Positions 13,771 to 27,309 of a stretch of DNA of 64,000 nt are shown here, in pieces. The stretch is taken from assembly GCA_976226885.1 (NCBI GenBank), contig OZ320318.1, positions 72,912,001-72,976,000 of the forward strand. Reading direction: 5' to 3'. The first letter of the stretch is position 1. Each line of letters opens with the position of its first letter. The stretch comes from Iphione sp. A-MEVVRFRX5. Lineage: Eukaryota. The translations under genes and the position numbers were made by a program. The notes beneath the pieces are model-generated. The model searched no databases. It worked only from the letters and a program-made list of their open reading frames with translations, and was not told the DNA's origin.

Positions 13771-16189
13771 ATTCACTGTTGTCATTCGTGGTTTTCCCAA
13801 GTGATATATGTTAACATAACAGCTTGCTGAAATCTGTACCTCCATTACCCGGTTGTATACTACATAACAAAATTCCATTTTAGTGCTACATTGTAAGACA
13901 TGCCATTTGGAAAAAAGGAACAAGATTAAGGATCAATTTCCATGCACACATGTCACCATGTCGCATGTAAACATATTCTAAGTGTGTTTTGGGGGGAAAT
14001 ACATAAATATACATGCATGTTTCCATGTAGGCTTGGGCCATACGGTGTATAACATGTTTGTAGGCTCTGTGTTTTTGGAATAGGAATTGTCCTATTTTGC
14101 CTTGAATGTATCATGTTGTCAGCATGTTTCTTTTTTTTTGGGGGGGGGGGGCTATCATCATGAACAGATGGGTAACATGAAAACATGGTAGAAATGTGCT
14201 TAGCATGTGTATAGCATTTATCAGATTAACAAAGTATTATTTTCATACTGTGAAAATATACCTACAAACACTGCTACGTGCACACATGGAAATTTAATGT
14301 AAGAGTTGAATAGAGAAAATTTTCCTTTCGAGGGCTAGAATATTTTGTTCTTTTAACAGTGACTTATATGCCAGGTTGAATGCATAATCAAAGCAATGTA
14401 CAGCCCTCGCGTCTCAATTTCATTATGAATGAATACAGTTGTGTTCAACAGATGGAAACTCTTGCACTACAAGGAATGAAAAGTGGCTTGTGGGATTACC
14501 AGAGTACCGTGTGTTCTTATCTAGTGCCATCTTTAAATTTACTGTCCTTAATCTTATCTTCAGGGTAAACAGGAGTCCGTACAAATTAAATTATGTATAT
14601 TGCCTATTTGTGAAGAGTGAGCATGTGAGGATACAAATCTAGTTACAGCAACTGATAACAAAGATTAAATGAGTTGTTTTGATCTCTGAGATAATAACAG
14701 TAATATGAAGCCTAGGGTTTATGGCGTTATATAGAAGTCCGACTCATACAGTGGAATTTCTTGAGTTAAACTGAGGACAAGCATCTTTCTTTAACGTAAG
14801 TTCGAAACTGCAACATTAAGCTGTCGTGTGCTTAAAACATGATTAGATGCGATTCACAAGTACAATAACACAAACGATTTCCAACGCCACTCTCTAGCTC
14901 TGATATTATGATTACCTGAGCGTGCTGTTTGTATTCTTGGGAGAAATCTCCTGAGTATGTAACCATTCCTGTTCATGTCTAATACATACAGGGACCTGAC
15001 CGATAATCATCTTTGCAAGATCATGTTTGAGTACGTCCATGTTCGGTCTTCTATGCTTTCAGGTTGTCCTCTAAACTGTTTTCAGTTGAATGTAGAAACC
15101 TGCCATATATTTATCTAGTCCTCATTTTTGGTCTAACCATAACGTGCTGTTCGACTCTGTTCGAAACAACAAAACCTATATACTGTAGGTTACAAATAAT
15201 GCCTTATTTCTGATGATAAAAGATGATTTCTATCGAGATCCGTAAACATGATTTTCAATAGAACATGTTTTTCTAACGGTAACTAGTAAGTCCAGGTTGA
15301 TCACAACCCCCTCTTATTGATCTCCCGACATTACACAGTCCGAAGCCACTGGCTGCAATTGAGACGAGTTTAGATCTTTATCTCACACAGAGGGATCAAT
15401 GAATTGATTTGAATCGAAAGAATATTAATTCATCTTGCTGTCGCTGAAAAAAACAGCAGTTTTCACTGTGAAGATATTCTTTATACACTGCTAAGTTTTA
15501 AATTTTAATGACATAGATGATGTATGAGATGGAGTACATGATTGAAGCTTTTACAGTGATATACAGAATTGTCAGGAAATGACATGAAGTACCAGACATA
15601 TTAATGTATACTACTTTTGCATGTCTGTAATGTAAAGCAGCCTTTCATCAAAATCACTCCATAAAGAAAAGATAGGATCCACTGTAATGCCCGATCACCA
15701 AAGGAACAGACATATTTAACCGTAACATGATTTCCAGTATCGAAGGCTTCGCAAAAATCCAGAAATGTGGCCAAACAGTGCCTCCTAACATTGTAAGCTG
15801 TATACAGTTGGTTGATGACGTTGTGTATTGCATTATGCGTGTATATATTCCTCTTTCTCTTTCAAATTCAAATTGCTATTAACTTGAGACAAAATCCTTC
15901 TCTAAATGGCTATACAATTGTTTTTGTATTATTTTTATGGGATTCTTGACATTACTGGAGGGAAGAATATAAGCTGGTAGTTGTTCATATCTATCTTCGA
16001 ACGATTTTGTAGCTGTTGGGAAATGATATGTACGTAATAGAAAGATTTGTGAGGTGTAATAGTTTGTTGATAATATATACTAGTCTTCTTTTCATTATAC
16101 AAACATTAATGGTTACTGCCTACATGTATTTCGATACATGTTTGTGTAATGCTATTGATGAATCTATGTTATTCACGATGTGTCCTGCG

Positions 16190-17000
16190 TAATAGTTTGC
16201 ATGTGGACACTAGAAGCCAGCCACTGACAACAGCACAACGTTCATAAGCATGACCTGAATGTCGCCCACCAACCTCTTTGTCTTCATCCATAGTTTAGGC
16301 CACCTTACATTATTCTAAATATTTTTCTGCTGACGTTGTTAGACTCCGCACATACTGCTGGGCCCTGTTTACATGAATGTATTCTCTGTCTTGATAACGA
16401 TGTGATCTGACATCGTGTGGTAAAGGAATGAGTACTGCACGCTTCTTAGGATCGAAAACTTTGCGTCATAGTTTCATCATCCTATCCGCCGCTTTTTCCG
16501 CTGGAAGATAATCGTTCTTAATTTTTCACCAGTCCCAGGTAAAAGGATGTCTACGCTTCTGTGGATCTTAGCGATTAATCATAGAGTCTGTTGCAACTGG
16601 TTGCCTCGCTTTTGTCTAGTTTCAATCTGGCCTTCCATGTTGATAACAGTCTCCAGACACATAGACAGGTATATCTCTAGGGCATGGACATGCACTGGCT
16701 GGAGCAAAAAGGAAACCTTTTCATGCAGGTCCAGTAGGGGTCTCTGGAGAAAAATAGGCACATTGGAAGCATATTCGATTTAGTAAAATCACATAGTGTT
16801 TCACTACTCTTGGAGTAGATGTATAATCAACAACCCCGGTTATGGACTGAACCAATCCCATCTCCCCTTTAGTACATCCTAGACAGTTTTGAGGTGGATG
16901 TCTGACTTCTATCACAGCTAGACTGATCTGCAGGCTAGATGACTTCAACATGTCTTCTGAATTCTGGCTGCAATATTGCTGAGAGGAGCGTGCAAGCATA
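16190..17000 (-). pseudogene. Decayed ORF of unknown family
   Basis: One minus frame stays nearly open from about 16760 to 16190 with scattered stops (PIFLQRPLLDLHEKV...KNDYLPAEKAADRMMKL*RKVFDPKKRAVLIPLPHDVRSHRY...). The preceding ORF 16721-16999 abuts it in another frame. Confidence 0.35.
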
Positions 17001-17430
17001 ACATCATTTATTACTCAAAAATACATATCATTTATTTAACACCCGTAATCAATCAAAAACAGATCATAATTATTATCCGGCTGTAATATAAACCGATTGG
17101 GATCTGTATGATGTTTGGAATCGCCAGTATTCCCATCAGTTCTTTTCGTCGAATATGCAAACAGCCCAGACAGAAGTGTACCTTCCATTATGAGGAATCC
17201 TCCTAACTTAATCTTGCAACTGGTGTGTCATCTGCACACCCTGAAATCATTTGGTAGTTTGAAAAGAAGGTGAGCAGACTGGCCTGAGTGATTCAGGAGG
17301 TTTATTGGCCGAAGAATCTACAAAATACATACATCACTAGCTTAATATTGACAATATATCCGGAGGCAACTCTTTATCAACTTCTAATCACAAGACTTGT
17401 CGCGATGTTCTTCTTCCTCTGCCTTTGCAG

Positions 17431-17511
17431 ATCCAATTTGCGCCGGTATGGACACCTTACAAACATATCCACCAACATTAGTAGATATCTCAACACCAAC
17501 TGATTCTCGTG
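17431..17511 (+). CDS. Candidate 81-nt exon, (D)PICAGMDTLQTYPPTLVDISTPTDSR(x), product unknown
   Basis: Acceptor ttcttcctctgcctttgcag| with a ctaat branch-like motif about 45 nt upstream, and donor cgtg|gtgagt. The frame is open (phase 1 to 1). An in-frame ATG at 17448 lies in a good context (gccggtATGg). Confidence 0.5.
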
Positions 17512-20500
17512 GTGAGTTAAAGGAAGAATGACGATGTACTGCATTTTTCAACACAAAAGAGGTCCGTGAGAATCATTGCTTTTAAAAACCAATATGGACT
17601 CGGAGGTAGACAACAATACCTCCAAATATTCCCTATAAAACATTTTGATATCTGTAAAACATTTGGCGGTACCATAATTACAAGCACATGTTCAAATACA
17701 GACCATTAAATGACTTCAATATGTTTTCTGTCACTACCTACTTAAAATTAGAAAACCTTTAATGGTTGTACATGCATTCTGTTCTCAATAATCTATGACG
17801 AGGCAAGCTCAGCAAACTAAGACGTCTAATTGCTCCCTCAGCTATGCCTTAGGGGCCATAACTTTGTAGATTTACTCGCGAGTCAGGATAGTCGGGGGGT
17901 GTTTAGATTAGTTACTTACCTCGTTGATTTTCTAAGCCACTTCGTGCTTACTATGGGCGCAGTTCACCTAGTTGGTCATCTTCAATAACGAAAAGAAAGT
18001 TTCTAAATGATTTTTTTTTACTGGAACTGCATCTGGAGATCGACATGTACCGGTATATGAATTCACATCAAAGTACTAAAACCAACTTGAATCCTTTCTA
18101 TTCCAGCTTAAAAGTGATAAAAAGATTATGATCTCAGTGTAGTTAAAATCAATCTGAGTATGTAACACCCCAAGAATCCCGGTATACGTGTATTCAACAG
18201 AAATTGTCTCCAGGAAACCCATATGTCCGATGGACACATGACATAATGCATCTCAAAATTTAGAGCACAGATCTTTCTTGTCAAGGAGGTTGTGGTCATC
18301 GCGAGGGAAGTGGGTTATGTTGTACAATGATTTTTGTAAGGATATATTGTTTCATTGGAACTGTTCATTTCATCGACACGGCACGTCGGGAGGCATATTT
18401 GTATAGAGGATCAGTTGCCTAACAACACCTAGAATACCATGTGTGTGGGATATATATAAGTACGAGCCAATATATGTTGGCAGACCTACTCAGGTATGCA
18501 AGAGTGGTTCCAGGTATGTGGCACAGGTGCAGCGATAGTTATTCTAAGTAGAAATGAAGCAGCAATTTAAATTCCACGGCTCTAGAAACAAACAGGCACT
18601 GTGTTCTAAAACAGCAGACAGTGCGTATGATCGTGCCCTGCGGTGATAAAAGCGAACACAGAACAACAAGATAAAAAAAGCCATGGCGTTTCGGCTCAAG
18701 TCCCGTCGACAAAGACATAGGGATGCCTAACTCAATAGAAGGTCCAACCTAATAGGCTATTGTCGCGTGAAAAAGGCAATGTGCTTACGAAATGCAATTG
18801 GGAAAAGCCTCTTCCTCCAAGTCGGCTAACGTGTGTGGGTTTAGTGAGTGAATACCAAGGATAGTTTTCGGCCCGTACAAGGCCAAGTTGTACAGGAAAA
18901 CAATGGAATATAGAGAAATCACATTAGGTGGGACAATCAGCCGCATTATGTCATCTCCTGAGAGCAAGTAGGGAGATGAAATTCAAACCTACTTCAAAAT
19001 GTATTTTAAAATCACCCCTAGGCCATTTGATTACGCGGGGCCACAGGAAACATTAGCATCCTTTGTTTTAGATCCTTTAGCTTTTTGAAAACAGAGATTT
19101 TTTTCGGTGTTTTAAAAAACATGATCTTTTGCAAGCAAGAGAACGAGGGCTTTTAAATTCCATGAATATAATGAAGCAAAGTTTCACCTAGAAATACAGA
19201 TGTACATGTACTAAATGTTGCATTGTAAATATATCACATAAATATTAATTGTGAGTACAATGACGTCAACACGATTTTCATTACAAAATTAGATGGTCAA
19301 ATAGAAGGATTTAAACTTAACCTAATATATTTGAGTATGCTACGGTTTTTTGTACTGAAATGATCCCATTGTCATTAAATAATAGATACCGGAAGGACAA
19401 CAAATTCAGATTTCGATTGACTAATAAAAAAAAAATTAACAAACTAACCACCATGCTAACAATTTACTTTTGATACTAATGATCTATCCAAGACGTATAA
19501 AAATGATATGATAACAGGAACATTTCTGGAGATAACACGCGTGTGTTGCGTTCAGGCAGAATGACAGCATTACGTGACATGCTAGCAACAGCACCTGTTT
19601 GATATGCTCCTCAATCATATCCCCCTGAGTCTGCAGTCAGTGTGCAGCTCCTTCTATCCATACACGTAATACAAGTCGACGACAATTATAAGCACTGAAT
19701 ACCCAGGATCACCTCTCTCGTGCCGTTATCCTCCTCGCGTGGGGGACGTGATGTAAGGGGGTGACATCAATAAACAGGCTTGAAAGACAATAATAAATGG
19801 GCGACATTCACTCCCCCTGGGGAGGCCTAGCCTAGGTGCGTTGTTGGCTAAGACAGGCTGGAGTGGAGGTCGTGATAGATTAGGTAGCCAGCCACAGTAA
19901 CCAGCTGTGAAATATTCCGCTCTTACAGACTGAACTGACGCACCTGCTCTTTCTTGGGGCGCCTGAGTACGACTGGTAGGTGACACTGAAGGATAGGCAC
20001 CCACTCCTCTTTACTGCCTGCTCGTCCGTCCTGACTCTATGCACGCATTTCGCACCGGCGAAGTATCATTCTTGACTCCCAGTGCAGCGCGTTGGTCAGT
20101 GTCCTGCTTCTACCTCTCTCTGTCTATCTTGGCATTCCTGTCAGGGTTTCACTATGTACAGCTCCATTGAAGTGTCCGTTTGTCTGCAGGTCTACGTGTT
20201 CATGTATGAGCGTTTGGCGCTCCCTGCCTCTCCGCTTTGCTATCGGTTTAATATAAACAAATATCTCCCTGCAATTTATCTCGAATAAATTATCTCTGCT
20301 TTAATATATCTCTAGGTTTCTGCCTTTTCATCCTTGCATTTATATATATTTGAATTACAAAGGCTAACATACATGCATCATCCCTTCCGTTACAGGCGCT
20401 ATCCTTAGCCGATAAAGCCGTAATAGAGCTTCTCTTTTATTCATTGATGGATCTGTGCTTATTCTAGCCTCCTTTATATTATTCCGACATTTGTGTATGA

Positions 20501-22240
20501 TATGTAAAAACACAGGATATAGTGTCCAGCTGATACTACTCATTATCTTCGCCTATTTATTCTTACACAAGCCCGCACTTCTTTTTTTTACATGGCCGCT
20601 TCCTCATTGTTAGGCAGGAATACTACTGTTGGGGTCAAGGTTGCTATACTCAGATATAGTCCATTAATCACATCATGTCCCACTCTCTTCGATTTCCTGT
20701 GCTGTCGCCGGATTTCTGTGACCTTTATACGAAGAAGGCTACTTTAATACAAGTCGAGTCTCATCTTGCTCTCGTCGTTTTCCTTGTGTGATATGCTATC
20801 ATCCTCCCCTCTTACCATTGACATTCAAGGCACGAAGCCAATATCTTTTTCATACAAGAGGCACCCAATACATGCTCAGCATTAGGCATCATTTGCTAGA
20901 AATTCACAACAAGAGACACTCGAGCATCCATCGACAGTGATCTGTAAGACCTTTGCTCCGTTTTTAACACGGTGAAATATTGTTAATTATCGTGAACAAT
21001 CGTCTGACTTTTCTGAGCAGCAGATGAAAAGATATCGATGAAAGGCAAAAGATTCGCCTTTAAGCAGGAGCTGTGTAAATTTTCTGTGATCCGATTTAAA
21101 CTGCAGGTGTCCTTGGATGTGAACCATCCTATAGCGACAATAAAACAGCTAATGCTGCTATCAGGTTACACCTTATGCATACGTACAGGTTACCTGGCCT
21201 AATCAAACACTAGCAAGTAGTAACCAAAGGGACTATTGACAGACACCCAGGCCTCCGGGAATTTTCTCAATGTTTGGAAGCATCGACGAAATATAATTCT
21301 GTAAGTACACGTACAAGGGTCATGAGTACCGTGGCATTCTAAACTGGTATTGCTGATAATTAGAATGTTTTTCACAAGGGTACTTTTTGAATAAAATCAA
21401 TATTTGTTTTGAGGCTGATAGAGGGCTGGCTATTTGTTCAGGAGAAATGAGAATGAAGGATAATGCCAAAATGTTGTTACATTTTGTGAAAACATGAAAT
21501 GATACCTGGTCAATGTACTGAATGAAAAAACGACAGTGTCTTTCAAATACTTGCAAACAGGTTGAATATGAGCAAGCCCAGTACAAATACTTTCGTGGTA
21601 CTTCCCAGGAGTGAAGGGAGCTTTAATTTCCAACTATGTATTCAAACGAGTGCGCATAGGGCATAGCAAACGGTGGAGATCACTATGCCAGCTAATTTGT
21701 TCTTCGGAGTACTTCAACACGGATCCCCGAACTGGGCACATCTAAAGGCCCAGAAGATAGGGAAGGGGAGTTTGACCAGTCCCATTAAGCGGATGACTGC
21801 ACACTACTTAGAGCAGCGGATGGGAACTTCGTGGTCCAGTGAACACACAAATGAAAAAAGTGTATAGCACTTTCTCAATATTTGTGTATATTCAACATAT
21901 TTCTAAAACGGTTGTCCAAGTAGTTTTTTTATATTTTCAAAGACAAACTTCATCTTAGCCATGCGAATCTTTTTCCACCTGTGACCAAAGCAACCCGAAT
22001 CCTACATTACATGGGAATGTTACAGCTTTAGTGGTGGTTCTGAGAAAAACAGAGTTAGCAACAGGTCTTTAGTATGAGCGTCTCTTTTGTGTATGCTGAA
22101 TTAAATATCGTGGGAAGCTACAAAGATAATTTGGAGTTTAGATGATGAATGTTTCGTTTGTATATTCCTTGTTCACTACCGCGTGATATACAGTTCTCAC
22201 ATAGCCTTACTTGTTCTACCTAATTCTCCTTGATACGCAG

Positions 22241-22258
22241 ATATCTTCTTCGAAGGAG
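22241..22258 (+). CDS. Candidate 18-nt microexon, (D)IFFEG(x)
   Basis: cctaattctccttgatacgcag|ATATCTTCTTCGAAGGAG|gtgagt gives a branch-like motif, pyrimidine tract and consensus donor. Phase 1 to 1 is compatible with the 17431 and 27310 candidates. Confidence 0.5.
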
Positions 22259-22357
22259 GTGAGTTACAGCAGTCAGAATGAACTTGACCATTATATAATT
22301 ATATTATAATACACTTATTCTTGTTATGCTTTTATTACAATTGTATTATAGCATTGA

Positions 22358-22397
22358 CCCCTGAGGAAGGCATGTTCTACATGGCCGAAAAGTTGGG
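22358..22397 (+). ncRNA. Penelope-type minimal hammerhead ribozyme motif, probably degenerate
   Basis: ccc-CTGAGGA-a-ggcatgt-tct-acat(g)gcc-GAAA-agtt-ggg contains the conserved core boxes, a stem II and a CCC/GGG stem I. The usual GAAACGTT reads GAAAAGTT here. An A-rich tail follows. Confidence 0.55.
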
Positions 22398-22619
22398 AAT
22401 TAAAAATCAACTAAAATTGAATTCGCCGAGTTGTGTTTGTGTGTTCTCCTACACATAAGACCATGGACTTGACGTGTCGAGGTGTCATCTTCCCTTCAGT
22501 CTTCTATGACGTTTGAAGTACCTGAAATACGTGATAACTTTCTGCAAGACTTAACTGAAATGCTTGACTTTTTTCGACTAGATCCACTAGAATGATGCTA
22601 GTGTGGCATACTTCCCGTA

Positions 22620-24100
22620 TGCCTGAGTCTAAATATGTGTATCATATTTCATGATCCTCCTAAGGTCAGGGCACCATTTGTAACTTGTCGGGTCAATCTT
22701 ACCTAACCTAGCCCTTACCTTCCTAATTCCACATTGGGAAGGCTACCATTAACTATGATCCTCTCCTGTTGTTGTAATTAGCAGTGTCACCATAAGCGGT
22801 TCCAAATGTCCTGTTGCTGAATTGTGGTGTCACTGAATTCATGGGGCTGCCAAGTAAATATTTCATGCACTTGTTTAGGCTGATAATTTTGTAAAAGGGC
22901 ATACTGACATGAAGAATTGAATATTAAAAAAAAAGAAATCTGCATATGAGACGTGTAACATACGGTAGTAAACGTTAGGGTTTTTTTTTATAAGAAACAG
23001 TGAGCGGAGATTTAACATTTTTATGAAAGGAAAAGGTTGTATTGCAAAGATGATAGCATTATAACACTGGAACCATCTGAGACCCTGTCACTTTGAACTT
23101 AGCATCAAAGGAAACAAAGAACGAATACCAGCCAATTTTATGGCGAAAGGCGTCGGTGACTGCATCAGTGGTTCTAACTGTTTGAACAAAAAATTCAGTA
23201 TTGACCTGGCTGTAGCTAGCTTCTGGAGCGCAATATGTGTCAAGTACGTTTCGGATGAATAGACATGTTGATCAAATTCACACAGGTAGAAACCAAGTAG
23301 TAACGTGCACTGCTTCCCCGTGATAGCCATTCTCGAAACGGTTTCTTCTGCCTTGTATCTGACGATGTTATTGAGAAGTAGACGGAAATGAGCACCTTGT
23401 TAGAGCAAGATACTGAAGATAGCACCTGTTTTCGAGCTCAAGAGCGCAGGTGTATTGAGGGAAGCCTAACCGTTTAACTGAAGAAGAAAGAGGGTCAGGA
23501 CATGATTTAAAATGGCGGTATGCTTGTTAAACATAGGTCTTAAACATGTCTCCCCGAACCCAATGTTCCTTAGCCTGGCAACAAACATGCTCCCCTTTGG
23601 GAGGAGATGGTTCTACGTAAGACCCAATACAAAGCTCTTCTACATGTATGCGTTCATAGAAGATACATTGGAAATAAAAGCAAGACATAATTCTACCTGG
23701 TGTATTGTTCTCCTTGATGGTTGAAGCGCGTGGCTCCTGAATAAAAGGCGACTTACTAAATGGACCTATGATTGCCCCTTGGTCACTGTCAACGTCCATA
23801 TAAGCTTTAACATGTGGATATCGAGCAGCCCCTCGGATGGTCCGGTGCGAGGCGGTTTTCGATTTGGTCTCACGTACCCAAGGGGAGGAGCATGTTTAAT
23901 GGCGTCAATAAGCTGACATTATTGGTTGTTGTCTCCGCAAATGAGTTTCCCGTGCAGCGTTATAAAGAGCAAATGGGACGTCCACTATCTGGACGTAGAA
24001 AGCAATAAGTAGGCTAGGACCTCATAAATGTGAAGTAGCCGACGTGGAAATGAACTAGGTTCAACATGGAGCAATGTCTTGTATTTCCTCGAAGAATACA
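22620..24100 (-). mobile_element. Highly decayed DIRS/Ngaro-type (tyrosine-recombinase class) retrotransposon RT, with possible RNase H remnant
   Basis: Minus-strand fragments occur across frames in the expected order: VPFALYNAA (~23951-23979), LIDAIKHAPPLGY (23875-23913), GAARYPHVKAYMDVDSDQGAIIGPFSKSPF, SSMNAYM*KSFVLG..HLLPKGSMFVARLRNIGFG and MFKTYV*QAYRHFKSCP (23500-23548). These resemble DIRS-family RT motifs (L.DFL.YGWPLGY; GAILGPF..PPF; LFK.DL.RAYRQ). Many stops and frameshifts. The RNase H-like part (~22650-22830) is weak. Confidence 0.65.
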
Positions 24101-25924
24101 TCTTGCGGTTTTTGAAAGACTGGGAAGTTTTTTTACACATGCCTGCTGCATTGTCTCACAATCTATATTATCACGTCGGTGCAACCAACTCATCAATAGG
24201 ATGCTTGGACATTGTCCAGCTTCTCATGTCTTTGAATGCCGAGACTACTAAATCCCTTATGAATTTCTCAGCTATACACAACTTTTCACTCCTCACTAAT
24301 AGTCTGTAAGAAAGGTTTTAATGGCTGCATTAGTAAAAGGCAAACAGGTACCTTAGCAATACGTCCATTGTGACCTGCTCTTACACTTGATTGTTCTCTG
24401 GATGTGGAAGTGTTTTGGGGCTCACCAGTACTTTAGACAGAAACTAGTAATTTTTGGCATGATTCATGCTGAGGTGTTAACGCTGCAGGTACTTCACTAG
24501 CTTGTCTAGTCCTTCATTCTGGTAGGTTGATAGAGATCATTTCGTTTCAAAACGTCTGTTGCTGACAAGGTGCGAGCATCTAGACAGTTTAGTTTTCAGA
24601 TTTTGTGCCCATTTTCGGTGAAATAGAGATAAATAATAGGTCAGAGCTGCGATTGCCTATACTATCTCGTGACAAGGTGGGCAGGATAATCATTCAAACT
24701 TCGCGCATTTAACTCATCCCTCAGTTTCATTGATTAAACTGTCTCATCCTTCACTAAATTCTATAGGTAATTTCTCCGTAGAATAACGTTTACTTCTCTC
24801 TATCGTTCCAAAAATTTAGTTTGCAATGAACCCCAGGCCACGGCCTAGCCTTGGCATGGAGCTCTGCTCCGTCTGTAGGATTGCAATTCCTATTCATTGC
24901 AAGTCATAGCTATGAAAATTCGTGGTGATCTCCGATCTTTGTAGTCGAATTTTTTTATTGTTGAGCTAAAAGCATCATGTTCGACATCCATATATGTACC
25001 AGGATTTATATGGCTGATCCTAGATCGAAGTTTTCCGTTAGAGTTATAGGTGGGAAACCATGGGGCTTCAGATTCCAGATAGCTATCTGTGTACACGTAG
25101 TTCTGAACAGCAGGGCCCCTTGTACCGATGCTGGTACTGGTGCGGATATGGAGCCCACGGTCATTAGGTTACCCTGTGTCAGCCTCATGCTCATCTCAAA
25201 GCCACACGTGGTGAAGGGTGGCGGAGACCCAACTGCAGAGACAGTCTGGTGTTCATTCTTTTCTTGAAGAAGACTGCATAAAGGAATCGCATGTTTCGAC
25301 AGGGCAAATCAGCTTTTTCTATCCCACGAGCCGTATGTATGTAGCGCAAGATGTGTCTACTGGCGTTGGCAGCATGCTGGCCCCACTGGCATATTGTGTG
25401 GAACCACAGTCTCGGCCATCCTTGTGGTGACAATGCATGTACAGTCGTGACTCGCAAACCAGACAACTACCGTTCCTGCCAAAAAGTTCTGGATACTGGA
25501 TAATCCAGTTGTAAAATGGGCACACTCATACCTCTTGGCTTGGAACACTTGCATAATGGGAAAGTATATGTAGCTCTGAGGTGTTGTCGAGTCACCCCAG
25601 CATCCTGTTTACTTGATTATAGTAGATTTAGGCTGACTTTCCATGCATCCAGAAAACATTACCGACACACAGAGTCTGTGCTGTGGAAAAAAACAATCTA
25701 AGACATTCTGCCTGAGGGCTTTCCATGGAGCTGGGTGCATGGGTCCATGGTCCGGGTCTGTGGGCTGAAAACAAACCTAGGCCATGAATTTCTCTTGATT
25801 TTTTAGCATGGACACAATAGAAGTATAAAAAAGGTTGTTATACTCAGGTAAACACTAAAAAAATGTCTAACATATGTTAGATGATGTGAATTATTTCAGA
25901 ATTTGCATATCATTTGCCTAAAAG

Positions 25925-25996
25925 CTGCACAGTTTCCACTGATATGGCTCAACCTCCGTGAAAAACTGCACAGTTTCCACTGATACGCCTCAACCT
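25925..25996 (+). repeat. 41-bp period tandem duplication
   Basis: ctgcacagtttccactgata(tgg/cgc)ctcaacct at 25925 and 25966. Confidence 0.9.
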
Positions 25997-27309
25997 GTAT
26001 ACATTTATACATATATTACATACTCTCTCTGTGTGACTCTGTGTCTCTCTGTCTCTCTCTCTATTTTCCATATACATGGGAAGCACCTATCCAGAGAGTC
26101 TGCAAAATTGGCCCAATTTCCGGATGAACTAAGCTGTGCAGAAAAATTTCCATATGCATGGAAAGCCGGCCTTAATGTTGTTTTAACGCATAATAGTTGT
26201 TCTGGCCTGTGTTGTTTCTACGTTTAGAAGGTCATAGCCCACATGTCGCATGTATTTGATAGTTGCCCTGTGTTGTCTGTACCATTGGCCGAGCCTCCCT
26301 AACATCTGGTCCAATTAAAGCAACAATAATTTTATCAGAATCATCTCTAACAGTTAAAAGAATGCGTTCTGGTTACAGATAACAAAGACTGGCCAAATGG
26401 TACATTTTATAGTTAAAATGGCTTTGTGCTCTTATTGGCATATGATTAATATGGTAATCTGGTTTTTGAGTGTCCGGTTAGCACATGACAACTGTACACA
26501 ATTAACATTCACTGGTTTCATGGAGTCCCATAATTGTTAGAACAGATGGAACCGTCGCATGTCTCTATTATTCTTTGTATCTTTGCCAGGTTTATTGCCT
26601 GCATGAACACCTGGATGCACAGGTGCAGTGGTTGTACTGAAATGGCTGAAAATAAAATAACATAAGGTTGTGTAGAACTACCAACCGGGGTGAGGTTGAA
26701 TTTCATTTGATTATACACTGATCTGACTGTCATCTAATACAACGTGTTGGGTATTTCCAATGAAAAGAGTGAAAAGTTTTGGTGGTCACACCGGGGTCCA
26801 ACACTCTTTTTGTTTGTCTGTTTTAAACACCTATTCTCATAGGACGAATCGTCTTAGGGACAACGATTGCTATTATAGCTATATATAGCCCATATTATTC
26901 CATCAAGACTGTACACTTAGTAGATTGTCTTTCTACGCGGCGAGTCACGTGTACTCTCACTGCACACCATATATATTCTACGTTTCCACCGCAAGCGGTA
27001 CGAGGTAACTAGACTCGGGCATCCAGTTACTGCCCCCAGCTCTCGGCTTTAAATCAAGCACAGATCGTAGCAGGTTTGCTGTCGTCGTACCGATCGGCGA
27101 TCTTTCGTCTAGAGTGCACACACACCTGAGTTTCACCAGATGGCGCCTCAAATCAAATGTCCTCTACGCATGCCCAGCGGAGATATGAAGCGCCGCTTGG
27201 TACTGACCTGGGTAACGCCTTTTGCAAGCCGGGGATCACAGCTGACACATATTTGCGCTACTCCAGCTCATTTTATTTTATCTTACCTTTCTATTTTTTC
27301 CTCTTTTAG

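Noticed and set aside
21320-21870. Possible tyrosine-recombinase ORF of the DIRS-like element
   Set aside because: No catalytic RHRY-type motifs seen, and it is separated from the RT by the candidate microexon and the hammerhead remnant.
22577-22592. gactagatccac, a partial match to miR-279
   Set aside because: The first base differs, the 3' half diverges and there is no hairpin.
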